From NCBI GenBank assembly GCA_964519245.1, contig CAZFLK010000002.1, forward strand, positions 45,077-109,076: DNA of 64,000 bases, read 5' to 3'. The translations under genes and the position numbers were made by a program. This document shows positions 12,022 through 21,124 of the stretch, piece after piece. The notes under the pieces are model-generated. The model was not told the DNA's origin, did not search any database, and worked only from the letters and a program-made list of their open reading frames with translations. Numbering within the stretch: position 1 is the stretch's first letter; the number at the start of each line of letters is the position of its first letter. The DNA comes from an uncultured Verrucomicrobiota bacterium (lineage in GTDB: Bacteria > Verrucomicrobiota > Verrucomicrobiia > Limisphaerales > JAYPEY01).

Positions 12022-14391
12022 TTATTGGCTTGCGCGATAAGGTTTTCCTTGTTGATACAGGCTCAATCGGGACTTGTAATCGGCCAGTTCATTCCTGTTG
12101 GTCAGTTTCTCAATCGCTTCCTTCTGGATCGTCACGGCATTGGCGAAATCGCCGGCTTCGGCATACGCTGCGGCCAACGTATCCAGATACATCGGCGAAC
12201 GATACATCGCGACGCAACGTTGGGCCCATTTCAATGCTTCAGCTCCATTCCGGAGGCCAAGATTGCGCGTTGTCGACAACAGCCACGCCGCTCCATTCAT
12301 TCCTCGCCAATACTCGGATTGCGCCGATTTTCGGTAGAGCTCAGCTTTGTCGCTTTCCTTGGAAGCCTTACCTGCCAATGTGAAGAGAGCGCGAGCGTCT
12401 CCGGCGTCGGCGGCCGCACTGGTCCAATCCGATGTGTCGAGCTTGATCATCGCCTCGATGTCGCCTTCCACGGCGGCCAATTCCATGCGGGCTTTGGTCC
12501 ATCCTTTCCAGTCACGGTATTTGATCTTGTCGTTGGCCAACCAACCTTTGCGTTCCAACTCAAGGAAGACTCGTGAAACGGTTGGATCGTCCGAATCATG
12601 AAGTCCCAATCGCTTCAACGCCTTGCCGGCAAGGTAGCCGCCCCAAGTGTAATCCACTTTCGCTGCGACCGAAGCCCGCATCAGCCAGACTGGGGTAAAA
12701 TCAGAATGCATTCGACTGAACTCCGCGCTGCTGGCGAGAAACTCCCAGAGCAAGCGTCGTTGTTCCCGGGCATTCGGGGCGCGCGCGGCTTCCTGGTAGA
12801 TCAACTGAAGGGCCCCCCATTTACGTGTGTCTTCCCGGCTGAGCTTGGGGCCCTTTACCGTGTCACGCTTTGCCGCCGCCGCTGCGATCAATTTGTTCAC
12901 ATCGACCACTTCCGGAGGCAGCGGCGTTCCTACCCGGGACAAGGCTTCCTGAATCGCAGATTTGGCGCCGTCCAATTCATTGCCCGCCAGCAGGGTCATT
13001 GCCGCCAACAGATGGGCCTCGTAGCGTTCGGCATCAATTCGGGCTGCTTCCTGCGCCGCCGCCAAGGCTTCGCTCAACTCATCCCTGTGAAAATGGCGGC
13101 TCGCTCGCGATATTGTCTTCTCGTAGCTCCGGTTGGTTTGGAACTGCTCGAGGGGAATCTCTTGGAAACCCTCCGGCGGCGCCGGTTCGGCTGCTTCCTC
13201 TGCGCGGGTCAGACCGATCTCTTCTCGGGAATCTTGTGTCCACTCCTCATAGCTTGCCGAATTGTCGGTCACTCGCGGGTTGCGGAAGAGCCGGGCTACA
13301 CCGTCGGACGATTCCACGTAGAATTGTCCGAGGATCTTCCAGTGAAATTCGCGATGCTCACGTGCGAAGGTCCTGGTTTCTTCATGGGAGTGGATCGAGA
13401 TCTCGATGCCTGAGCCGTCCTTCTCCCGCGTGATTAAAGCGGTCCGAGTGACGTTTGCGTCTGAAGCCGAATAATTCCAGGAGCCTGTCAGTTTTTCCGG
13501 ATTGAGGCCCGCGGTGCGCCGATTCAACTCACGCCAACCGCTTGCATCGGAGAGACGCGCCTTTCCCTCGCCAGGAAATGCGACAGTGAAGAATTGAAGC
13601 GCGTCGCGGTCGCCGATTACAGTCTCGATCTTGATTCGGTTGGCCGCGTGGGAGACATAGCTCCAAGAGCCTGTCACGGGATCCTTAGCAGCGGCAGTTT
13701 CCACAGTGGCGGAGCCGTCTCCGCGAAAATCAAGCAGGGCGCCGTCGTTCGGATTCTGCCAGATCCCGATCAACGGCGATTGGGACAAAGGAGGAGCGGG
13801 CTTGCGCTCGACCAGGGCGAGGGCGAATTGTGCGTCGCCATACCGTGTTTCCGATTGGATCATCCCGATCCCAGGCGCATACCAGGTCGTCGTTCGGATT
13901 CCGTCGAGCCCGGTCGGTTGCGCGACCACTTTCGCGACGTCCTGAAAAAGGCGTCCTCCAACCTTCATCTGCCTCACGAGGGATCCCGTCGCCGCCCATT
14001 TCAAACCATTCCGAGAGTATTCCCAGGTAGAGCCGCCTTTGAAAGGGGCGGGCAGAGACAGTCTCGTGGCACCATCTGCCCCGAGCGTCTCAAGACCCTT
14101 TTCGCCGAAGCGCTGATGCGCGATGGGACCCTCAGCTGGCGGTGAAGCAAGATCTGCGAAACAGATTTCGTTCCACCGGGCATCGGCTTGCTCGATCTCG
14201 GCGACCTTGCTGACTCGCAAGACGCCTTGTCGCGAACCGTTGATGATGTGGTGATAGAGCAGGGAGGTCGTCGCGCTCCAATCTGTCGCGTAGTCTGGCG
14301 CCGCCGCCGGAGCGGCTCCGGCGCAACCTGCCAGCGCTGTCGCCGTTAGACAGATTGTCCTGATCAATCCCGATAGTTGCCCGCAGTCCAT
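12022..14391 (-). CDS. TPR/Sel1-like repeat lipoprotein, function unknown
   Basis: ATG start with a lipobox-like LTATALAGCAG. The C-terminal third has TPR-like repeats (AYAEAGDFANAVTIQKEAIEK, EALSAAQEAARIDAERYEAHLLAAMTLL). It lies 61 nt upstream of the coiled-coil gene. Confidence 0.65.
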   Translation of the reverse strand: MDCGQLSGLIRTICLTATALAGCAGAAPAAAPDYATDWSATTSLLYHHIINGSRQGVLRVSKVAEIEQADARWNEICFADLASPPAEGPIAHQRFGEKGLETLGADGATRLSLPAPFKGGSTWEYSRNGLKWAATGSLVRQMKVGGRLFQDVAKVVAQPTGLDGIRTTTWYAPGIGMIQSETRYGDAQFALALVERKPAPPLSQSPLIGIWQNPNDGALLDFRGDGSATVETAAAKDPVTGSWSYVSHAANRIKIETVIGDRDALQFFTVAFPGEGKARLSDASGWRELNRRTAGLNPEKLTGSWNYSASDANVTRTALITREKDGSGIEISIHSHEETRTFAREHREFHWKILGQFYVESSDGVARLFRNPRVTDNSASYEEWTQDSREEIGLTRAEEAAEPAPPEGFQEIPLEQFQTNRSYEKTISRASRHFHRDELSEALAAAQEAARIDAERYEAHLLAAMTLLAGNELDGAKSAIQEALSRVGTPLPPEVVDVNKLIAAAAAKRDTVKGPKLSREDTRKWGALQLIYQEAARAPNAREQRRLLWEFLASSAEFSRMHSDFTPVWLMRASVAAKVDYTWGGYLAGKALKRLGLHDSDDPTVSRVFLELERKGWLANDKIKYRDWKGWTKARMELAAVEGDIEAMIKLDTSDWTSAAADAGDARALFTLAGKASKESDKAELYRKSAQSEYWRGMNGAAWLLSTTRNLGLRNGAEALKWAQRCVAMYRSPMYLDTLAAAYAEAGDFANAVTIQKEAIEKLTNRNELADYKSRLSLYQQGKPYRASQ

Positions 14392-14652
14392 GTGGGACCC
14401 TATGCATTCATACTGGCTGGACCGTCAAGCGCAGGAGGAAACGTTGGCTGCTGAACGCCCGATCAGGAGCCAAGCAGCGTCGCAGGAAGAGGCTTCTCGG
14501 GACGGGCCAGTGATCCGCGCATTCACACTCCAACGCAAAACCTGCCTGAACGACAACTGGCGGGTGAAATGGCCCGCGCCGGACAAAACATCACTGGTCC
14601 GGAGTCGCGCAAGGGATTCTCTGAGGGAAGTTCTTTCGGCTGCGACGACGCG

Positions 14653-15045
14653 TCAACGGCTTGTCAGCTTCCGCTCGATGCGGGCCTTGGTTTCAGAGAG
14701 CAGTTGATCGTACTTGCGTTGCTGTTTCTCGTTCAGTTCCGGTCGGATCTTGAGGCTGGCGTCGTCGAGGATGACGACGATCCGTTCCAGAGTGTTGGCG
14801 TATTCCTTGTCCAGTTGGAGGCCGGCTTCCTCGACGTGGCTTTGGACCCGCATGAACTCATCCGGCGTGAGTTTCAACTCCTTGCGCAAGCGCTCCATGG
14901 TCTGGTGGGTGAACTCATCGACCGAGACCCGCTGGGCAACTGGCGCGTCCTGGACCTTGTCGGTCACCACGTGCCCGGTGTAGGCGCCGGCGCCAAAGAT
15001 GCCGGTCAGCGCCGCGATGATTTTCCAGGCTCGAAAAAGGTTCAT
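14653..15045 (-). CDS. membrane-anchored periplasmic protein (Spy/CpxP/LTXXQ-like), third gene of ECF operon
   Basis: N-terminal anchor WKIIAALTGIFGAGAY and LTXXQ-like motifs (LKLTPDEF, LNEKQQRKYDQL). Its ATG overlaps the preceding stop (ATGA, 15042-15045). Confidence 0.5.
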   Translation of the reverse strand: MNLFRAWKIIAALTGIFGAGAYTGHVVTDKVQDAPVAQRVSVDEFTHQTMERLRKELKLTPDEFMRVQSHVEEAGLQLDKEYANTLERIVVILDDASLKIRPELNEKQQRKYDQLLSETKARIERKLTSR

Positions 15046-15344
15046 GGGAAGAAGGCGAGTTCAAAAGTCTGATCCGTGAGCTCGACCAGCAGGTCCGCTT
15101 CGTGCGGTTGCTCGGCCAACGCGGGACCGCTGCTGGCTGCGATCAGCAAGGCGACCGCGCACGCTCCCACGAGGAAGCGGCAAGCCAAGGATTCCCAGGC
15201 GCGCAGCAGCGAGGGCATGGGATTGGCGAAGGCCCGGGCGACCACGCGGGTCGCGAATCCCATGGGGGCCTCCGGGTCCTCGCGGCGTTCCGCCGTCCGG
15301 GCGGCGGCCAAGAGGCGTTCCAGTTTTTCTTCTGCTTCATTCAT
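15042..15344 (-). CDS. putative anti-sigma factor (small single-pass membrane protein)
   Basis: 100 aa, with an 8-nt overlap with the sigma gene stop. A single TM (FLVGACAVALLIAASSG) follows a charged N-terminal segment. The call rests on position and architecture only. Confidence 0.45.
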   Translation of the reverse strand: MNEAEEKLERLLAAARTAERREDPEAPMGFATRVVARAFANPMPSLLRAWESLACRFLVGACAVALLIAASSGPALAEQPHEADLLVELTDQTFELAFFP

Positions 15345-15927
15345 GCGGCATGCCTTGTTCCAGGTCTTCCAGATGTTGCTTCAATTTCTTGCGGGCCCGG
15401 TGAGCCCGGACTTTGATCGCGGAGGCCTTCCAGCCCGTGATCTCCATGATTTCGGCGACGCTCTTCTGCTGCAGATCCAGGAGATTGATCACCAGGCGAT
15501 CTTCCGGCCCCAGGCGTCCCATCAGCTTGTCCAGGACGTCCCTGGCCGATTCGCCGTCGGTCACCGTCGCCGTCGAGTTGGCCTTGAGCGTCGCCTCCAT
15601 CACCTCGGCTTCCTGTTCGCCCAGATCCGCCCAGCGCAGCTCCGGCCGGCGCTTCTGGTAACGCAGCTTGTCGATGCAGGTGGTCACGGCGATGCGCGAC
15701 ACCCAATGTTCAAGGGGCATCTCGCCGCGATACTGCTGCAGATTCGCAAACATCTTCAAATACACGTCCTGCGCGAGATCCTCCTCGGACATCCGCCAGG
15801 GAAGATGCGCGCGCACAATCTTGATCACCAGTGGATACAGATGATCCACCAGCTCGCGGGCCGCGGCCTCATCTCGTTCCCGGACCCGCTCAAGGCAGGC
15901 GGCGACATCCAATGCCTCTTCAGCCAT
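15337..15927 (-). CDS. RNA polymerase ECF-type sigma-70 factor
   Basis: 196 aa. The region-2 block is DLAQDVYLKMFANLQQY with EHWVSRIAVTTCIDKLR. The region-4 HTH is VINLLDLQQKSVAEIMEITGWKASAIKVRAHRARKKL. Confidence 0.9.
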   Translation of the reverse strand: MAEEALDVAACLERVRERDEAAARELVDHLYPLVIKIVRAHLPWRMSEEDLAQDVYLKMFANLQQYRGEMPLEHWVSRIAVTTCIDKLRYQKRRPELRWADLGEQEAEVMEATLKANSTATVTDGESARDVLDKLMGRLGPEDRLVINLLDLQQKSVAEIMEITGWKASAIKVRAHRARKKLKQHLEDLEQGMPHE

Positions 15928-15963
15928 GGCTACGCATGCAACGTCTCCGCCATGAATGCTGAT

Positions 15964-15988
15964 GACGTCGGCGAACTACTGCGGTTAC
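15964..15988 (-). promoter_or_regulatory. candidate ECF-type autoregulated promoter (AAC-N16-CGT)
   Basis: The minus strand reads gGTAACCgcagtagttcgccgaCGTCatc about 37 nt upstream of the sigma ATG. The AAC to CGT spacing is 16 nt, as in many ECF promoters. This is motif resemblance only. Confidence 0.25.
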
Positions 15989-16106
15989 CCATGAATTTGG
16001 ATCGTGGGGACGGAAGGGGCGATGACAAGGCGAATCGTGGGCGCCGCAGTCGCGGCGTTCTCGAAATCGATTGCCACGGGTGGGTTCTTCCCGAATCCTT
16101 GGATTC

Positions 16107-16892
16107 ATGAAGTCCCAAATCAGAATAATCGCCGTCGCGCTGGCAGTATGGGCCGTCCCCTTCGTTTCATCCTCGTCCGCCCAGTCCTCGGGAGGCTTCT
16201 TCCGGAGTTTGTTCGGGAACGCGAAGACCGAGACCGCGGAGGAGAGCCGGTCCAGCGCGGTTCTCGCGGGCCTCTCCTCCGAGCAGGTCGCGTCGGGCTT
16301 GCGGGAAGCATTGGGCGAGGGTGTCCAACTGGCCATTGCGGAACTCGGCCGCACGAATGGTTTCCTGACCAATGCCACGTTCCGGATACCGATGCCTCGG
16401 CGCCTCTTGCGCATCGAACGCGGCTTGCGGAAGTTCGGCCAGGACCGGATTGCGGACGACTTCATCTTGTCGATGAATCGCGCGGCCGAGCAGGCGGTTC
16501 CCGCGGCGGCAAAGATCTTCAGCGACACGGTGAAGGGCATGTCCATCGAGGACGCCAAGACGATTCTCCTGGGAGACGACGACGCGGCGACAACCTACTT
16601 CCGTGAAGCCACGGAGAAGGAATTGCAGGCGCGTTTTCGGCCGATCGTCGAGGAAGCCACCGCCAAGACCGGAGTCACGGCCGCCTACAAGGCCTTGATG
16701 GGCAGTTCCGGACTGGGACGAAAGTTGCTCAGTTTTGGCGGCGGCGGCGATCTGGACGAACACGTCACCGACCAGGCATTGGAATCGTTGTTCAAGCGGA
16801 TCGCCGCGCAGGAACTCAAAATCCGGAGCACGCCCGCGGCGAGGACGACCCAAACCCTGCAGAAGGTTTTCGGCGTCCTGCAGGGGCGTTAG
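16107..16892 (+). CDS. DUF4197 domain-containing periplasmic protein
   Basis: The internal ATG gives MKSQIRIIAVALAVWAVPFVSSSSAQS, a signal peptide. DUF4197-like blocks are present: LSSEQVASGLREALGEGVQLAIAELGRTNGFLTNATFRIPMP and TDQALESLFKRIAAQE. Confidence 0.75.
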   Translation: MKSQIRIIAVALAVWAVPFVSSSSAQSSGGFFRSLFGNAKTETAEESRSSAVLAGLSSEQVASGLREALGEGVQLAIAELGRTNGFLTNATFRIPMPRRLLRIERGLRKFGQDRIADDFILSMNRAAEQAVPAAAKIFSDTVKGMSIEDAKTILLGDDDAATTYFREATEKELQARFRPIVEEATAKTGVTAAYKALMGSSGLGRKLLSFGGGGDLDEHVTDQALESLFKRIAAQELKIRSTPAARTTQTLQKVFGVLQGR

Positions 16893-16991
16893 GCAAGAAG
16901 GAAGACTGCGCTCCGTATGCGGTATAGGGGCGCGCTTTCCGTTCCGCCCATTCCAGGTCTCCCGGGAATTCCAGGGCGGCAAGCTCCTCCC

Positions 16992-19900
16992 TCACTTCCC
17001 CGCCGCGACATTCTTTCCAGCGGTCATGCGGCGGGTGATGAAGGTGCGGACCTTGGCGATCCTGGTCTTGCCGAGGAGGGCGATGGCGTTCTTCGTGTCC
17101 TTGCCCACGAAGGGCTCGGCGGCGTACCAATACATGAGCGGGAGGTTGTGGTCGTCGGCGTCTTCCGCGCGTCCAAGCAGCGCGATCAGGGTGTTCTTGC
17201 GCTTGTCAATCGGCGTGCGTTGCATGGCGGCGGCGAGGTAGAGGCGGACAAAGGCCGAATCATCCTCGGCGGCCATGCGGGCGAATTCCTTCAACACCGC
17301 GTCGCTGGGATCCTTGCCTTCGCAGGCCAGTTGGATGGCCCAGGCGCGGACGTATTCGCTTTTCGCCTTGAAGGACTGCAGCGCGATTTCTTCGGAGAAG
17401 CCGCCGGTCGCATGCAGGGCCCACATCGCGCGGAGCTTGCGGGTGACGTCAGGGTTGGTGTTGAGGATCTTCAGCAGCGCCTGGTGGACCTTCGGATTGG
17501 GCCCGCGCTCCTGGAGGACGCGGCGGGCGTGACGCACATGCCAGTCGTTCTTGTGGAGTTGGTATTGCACGAGTTCCTCATCGCTGGCCTTCTGCATATC
17601 GACCTTGGTGGTCTTGGTCTTGCCGTAGGCGACCTTGAAGATGCGGCCGTTGGAACGGTCGTGCACGACCGGGTCGCGGCGGTGGCATTGGTTCAGGTCA
17701 TACCAGTCGATGAGGTAGACGGAGCCGTCCTGGTCGTAGAGGAGGTTCACGATCTGCGAGGCCTTGTCGTTGAAGTGGATCAGGTCGGCCCCGTGTTTGC
17801 CGACGTAGCCCGAGCCCTTGCGGACGGGGACGTCCATATTGATGCGCGAGCCGTGGATGTTGTTCATGAAGGCCTTGTCGCGGTACTCCTCCGGCCAGCT
17901 GTCGCCGAGATACATCATCAGGCCTGCGTGGGCGTGGCCGCCGCCGACCTTGTCCGAGCGCGCGTTGCCTTGGTGCGGTCGAGCGCCCAGGTAGTGCAGG
18001 TGATCGGCGATAGTCTTGATGTCCTCGTAGATGTAGGGGCTGAAGTGCTTGCCGCCCTGGCGGTGATAGCGCGCGCCCTGGATCATGTGGAAGAAGTGCG
18101 GAATCACGCAGGCTTCGATGAAGCATTGGCCGTAGTCATTGAAGTCAACGCCCCAAGGATTGCTGGTGCCGTAGGCAAAGACTTCGAATTCCTTCCTGGT
18201 TGGATGCCAGCGCCAGACGCCGGCGTTCAGGGGTGTGCGTTGGTCGGCCGGCGTGCCCGGCTTGCCGACCTTGGAATGCGTGAACACGCCGTGGCAGCCG
18301 TAGAGCCAGCCGTCGGGTCCCCAGCAAAAGGTGTTCAAGGTCTCGTGCGTATCCTGGTAGCCCCAGCCGTCCAGCAGGATCTCGGGCTTGCCGTCCGGGA
18401 CGTCGTCGCCATCCTTGTCTGGAATGAACATGAAGTAGGGAGCCGCGCCGACAAAGACGCCGCCGAAGCCGACTTCCACGCCGCTGACCAGATTCAGGTT
18501 CTCGATGAAGACCTTGCGCTTGTCGTGGACGCCGTCGCCGTTGGTGTCCTCCAGGATGACGATGCGGTCCTGGCCCTTGCCCTCGGGTTGGCGGATCGGG
18601 TAGTCGTAGGATTCGGCGACCCAGAGCCGGCCGCGGTCGTCGATGCAGAAGCCGATCGGTTGCCGCACCTCAGGCTCGGCCGCGAACATGGTGGCCGTAA
18701 AACCCTCGGGCAGGGTGAGTTCCTTGATGGCATCGGCCGGGGAAAGTCCGGCGTTCTTGACGACGTCCAGGGGAGGGAGTTCGGGCGCGCCGCCCTTGGC
18801 TCCGATAATTGCCGCAGATTGGATGCTTGGTCGCGCGCGGTGGAAGCGGAAGTCGTCAAAATTCACGTGTCCCCAGCCGCTGGTGTGTTGGTCGATGACG
18901 CGCACGCTGATCTCCTTGTTCTTCATCTTGCGGAGGTCGACGACGGCGAGGAGCATGTTCTCGCGGTTGCGCCCGCGGGCGGTGAAGAAGGCCTTGCCGG
19001 TGGCGCGGTCGATCAATTCCACCCGGGTCTCGGCATGGCTGCCGCCGCCGACGCGGAAGGTCGCCCAATCGTGAGTGACCTTGAAGGGAACCGACTCGAT
19101 CGTGCCCTTGGGCGTGTCTCGCAGGATTTCGTAACCGCCCAGCCAGTAACGGCCCTGGCGTTCCGCCTTCTTGCCTTCACCGAATGGACGGTTGGCGTCG
19201 ATGCCTCCCTTGATCGGTTGCTTTTCAAATGCGCGGCCGGCGGTTGTCCAGTCCCGGAGATCGCCGGTCTCGAAATCGAGGTTGAGGGGCTTGCCGTCCT
19301 TGCCCTTGGGCAGTTCGCCGCCGGTGGGGGCGGGGTTGGCGAAGGCAACGTCTTTCGGTTTTGCGGCCGCCGGTTTGGCCTGCGCGACCTTCTTTGGCGC
19401 GACATAGACCTTGGGTTGCGCCTGGTCCCAGGCGGCCTTGCTCACCGACTTCTTCCGGTGGGCGAAGACATAGGTTCCCTTCTTGTTGCCAATGATGAGG
19501 TCGTCGAGTCCATCGCCGTTGAAATCCGCCACGCCGATCTGCCGGCCGACGCCGGAATCGCCGTCGATCTGGTAGGGCAGGAAATCCACCTTGCCGCCGT
19601 CGCGCGTGAGCTTGAACCAGTAGATGACCGGGGCTGCGCCGGGCTCGGGGTCCTTGTTTGGGCCGTGCGCCCAGTAGGTCTTGCCGGTGACGATGTCCTT
19701 GAGGCCGTCGCCGTCCATGTCGAACAACTCGACCGCGTGAAGCTGAGAGAACTTGACGCCGTATTTGTTCTCGTCGCGTTCCTTGTTCATGAAAATGTGC
19801 ATCTTGAACTTCGGATGGCCGTTGGCGTCCTTGTCGGCGAGTTGTTCGTGCCAGGCGAGGCCGTAGCCGTGGGCCGCGACGCTGGTGATGACATCGTTGC

Positions 19901-20708
19901 GGCCGTCGTCGTTGACGTCGTAGGCGTACATCTGCGCGCCGCCTCCGGGGCTGAACATCGCGGGGTGCAGGGTCCAAAGCCCGCCGAGCTTCTTCGGTTG
20001 TTCCCACCAACCGCTCTTGAACAGGATGTCCTGACGGCCGTCGCCATTGACATCGCCGAGGCCGAGGCCGTGCGTGTAGCGCTGCCAGTTGCCGCCCTTT
20101 GAGATGGCGGTGAATTTCCAGGGTCTGGTTGGCGCGTTCCAGTCCGGCTCCGCGTAGCCGAAGTTGCCCTCGAAGTTGCAGACGATCTCGGGCTTTCCGT
20201 CGCCGGTCAGGTCGGCGAAGGTGGGGGATTCATTGTCGACGTTGGGAAAGACCGCGTGCCGTTCCCAATGCTTCTCCGCGCCCTTGGGGTTCAGGTAGAG
20301 ATAGGCCGGCGTGTGGGGCAGGCCGTAGGTGAGCACGTCGTTCCAGCCGTCGCCGTTGAAGTCGTGGGCGAAGGCAAAGAAGTTGTCGGTCGAATAGGCG
20401 TTGCGATTGCCGAGCGCGCCCACGAAGCCGGGGATGGTCTTCTCCGTGCCGTCCTTCCCCTTGAGCTTGAAGGTCGTCGTGTCGGGATAGATCTCGTGGC
20501 GCTGCTTGAAGTCCGGGCCCTCCCACCAATAGGGGCCGCAGATGGCGTCGGGTTTGCCGTCGTTGTTCAGATCGCCGAAGTTCGCGCCCTCGCTCCAATA
20601 ATGCTGGTCGAGGTGATGCTTCTCAAAGGTATGAATCGTATAGTCTGCCGCGGTCGCGGAAACCGCGCCAACGGCCAAGGCGCCCAGGAAGGGGAGAAGT
20701 CGGTTCAT
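16992..20708 (-). CDS. FG-GAP/VCBS beta-propeller + lectin-like + PVC membrane-bound-dehydrogenase-like + HEAT-repeat protein
   Basis: The internal ATG at 20708 gives MNRLLPFLGALAVGAVSATA, a signal peptide. Seven Dx[ND]xDGxxD repeats are present (DLNNDGKPDA ... DFNGDGLDDL). The dehydrogenase-like block is LPEGFTATMFAAEPEVRQPIGFCIDDRGRLWVAESYDYP. The C-terminus is HEAT-like helices. No CxxCH motif was found anywhere. Confidence 0.85.
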   Translation of the reverse strand: MNRLLPFLGALAVGAVSATAADYTIHTFEKHHLDQHYWSEGANFGDLNNDGKPDAICGPYWWEGPDFKQRHEIYPDTTTFKLKGKDGTEKTIPGFVGALGNRNAYSTDNFFAFAHDFNGDGWNDVLTYGLPHTPAYLYLNPKGAEKHWERHAVFPNVDNESPTFADLTGDGKPEIVCNFEGNFGYAEPDWNAPTRPWKFTAISKGGNWQRYTHGLGLGDVNGDGRQDILFKSGWWEQPKKLGGLWTLHPAMFSPGGGAQMYAYDVNDDGRNDVITSVAAHGYGLAWHEQLADKDANGHPKFKMHIFMNKERDENKYGVKFSQLHAVELFDMDGDGLKDIVTGKTYWAHGPNKDPEPGAAPVIYWFKLTRDGGKVDFLPYQIDGDSGVGRQIGVADFNGDGLDDLIIGNKKGTYVFAHRKKSVSKAAWDQAQPKVYVAPKKVAQAKPAAAKPKDVAFANPAPTGGELPKGKDGKPLNLDFETGDLRDWTTAGRAFEKQPIKGGIDANRPFGEGKKAERQGRYWLGGYEILRDTPKGTIESVPFKVTHDWATFRVGGGSHAETRVELIDRATGKAFFTARGRNRENMLLAVVDLRKMKNKEISVRVIDQHTSGWGHVNFDDFRFHRARPSIQSAAIIGAKGGAPELPPLDVVKNAGLSPADAIKELTLPEGFTATMFAAEPEVRQPIGFCIDDRGRLWVAESYDYPIRQPEGKGQDRIVILEDTNGDGVHDKRKVFIENLNLVSGVEVGFGGVFVGAAPYFMFIPDKDGDDVPDGKPEILLDGWGYQDTHETLNTFCWGPDGWLYGCHGVFTHSKVGKPGTPADQRTPLNAGVWRWHPTRKEFEVFAYGTSNPWGVDFNDYGQCFIEACVIPHFFHMIQGARYHRQGGKHFSPYIYEDIKTIADHLHYLGARPHQGNARSDKVGGGHAHAGLMMYLGDSWPEEYRDKAFMNNIHGSRINMDVPVRKGSGYVGKHGADLIHFNDKASQIVNLLYDQDGSVYLIDWYDLNQCHRRDPVVHDRSNGRIFKVAYGKTKTTKVDMQKASDEELVQYQLHKNDWHVRHARRVLQERGPNPKVHQALLKILNTNPDVTRKLRAMWALHATGGFSEEIALQSFKAKSEYVRAWAIQLACEGKDPSDAVLKEFARMAAEDDSAFVRLYLAAAMQRTPIDKRKNTLIALLGRAEDADDHNLPLMYWYAAEPFVGKDTKNAIALLGKTRIAKVRTFITRRMTAGKNVAAGK

Positions 20709-20757
20709 GGCGCACAGTGATACGCCTTGGACGGCTGGGGTAAAGACTGAATATCGG

Positions 20758-21088
20758 GTTGTGGAACAAGTGCGCGCCCAGCTCTTCAGCCGTCTTGGCT
20801 TCGTGGTCGCGGAGGAGTTGGATGATGTCCGCATTCTTGTCCGGGTTTCGCTGGGCAATATCGAGGGCTGTTCGTGGCCCGGTGGAGCCGTGGTTCTTCA
20901 CCGCGTTGATGGCGGCGCCTCATTTTGGCGCCTGTGCGTTCACCGCCAGGTAGCTTTCTCTCTCGTAGGAGGAGCGCGTTCGCGACGGCGGAAAGATTCG
21001 ATGCCAACCGGGGCGCCGACGCTGTCCACCCGGGCCAATAGTCGTGGATGTCGAAGAAGGGCCGATTGTTCTCTGTCAGGGAACTCAT
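20758..21088 (-). pseudogene. decayed ankyrin-repeat-like ORF (frameshift plus in-frame TGA)
   Basis: The minus strand reads MSSLTENNRPFFDIHDYWPGWTAS...ANALLLRE in one frame. Then in the +1 frame it reads ESYLAVNAQAPK-TGA(20920-20922)-GAAINAVKNHGSTGPRTALDIAQRNPDKNADIIQLLRDHEAKTAEEL. The last segment looks like a terminal ankyrin repeat (G-x-TAL-x-xA...xxxLL-x-xxA). Confidence 0.3.
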
Positions 21089-21124
21089 GTTCGGCCGGAT
21101 CCAAGCGCCTCGTCGCCCGCGGGG

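Noticed and set aside
16917-20102. 1061-aa ORF on the plus strand
   Set aside because: It is antisense to the FG-GAP/dehydrogenase gene. Its translation is Ala/Gly/Val/Asp/Arg-rich with no motifs, as expected for the opposite strand of a GC-rich gene. The minus-strand protein has clear domain signatures.
20920-20922. In-frame TGA as selenocysteine or other recoding
   Set aside because: I saw no SECIS-like hairpin immediately downstream, and there is no selenoprotein context. The ORF also needs a frameshift to be read, so decay is the more economical explanation.
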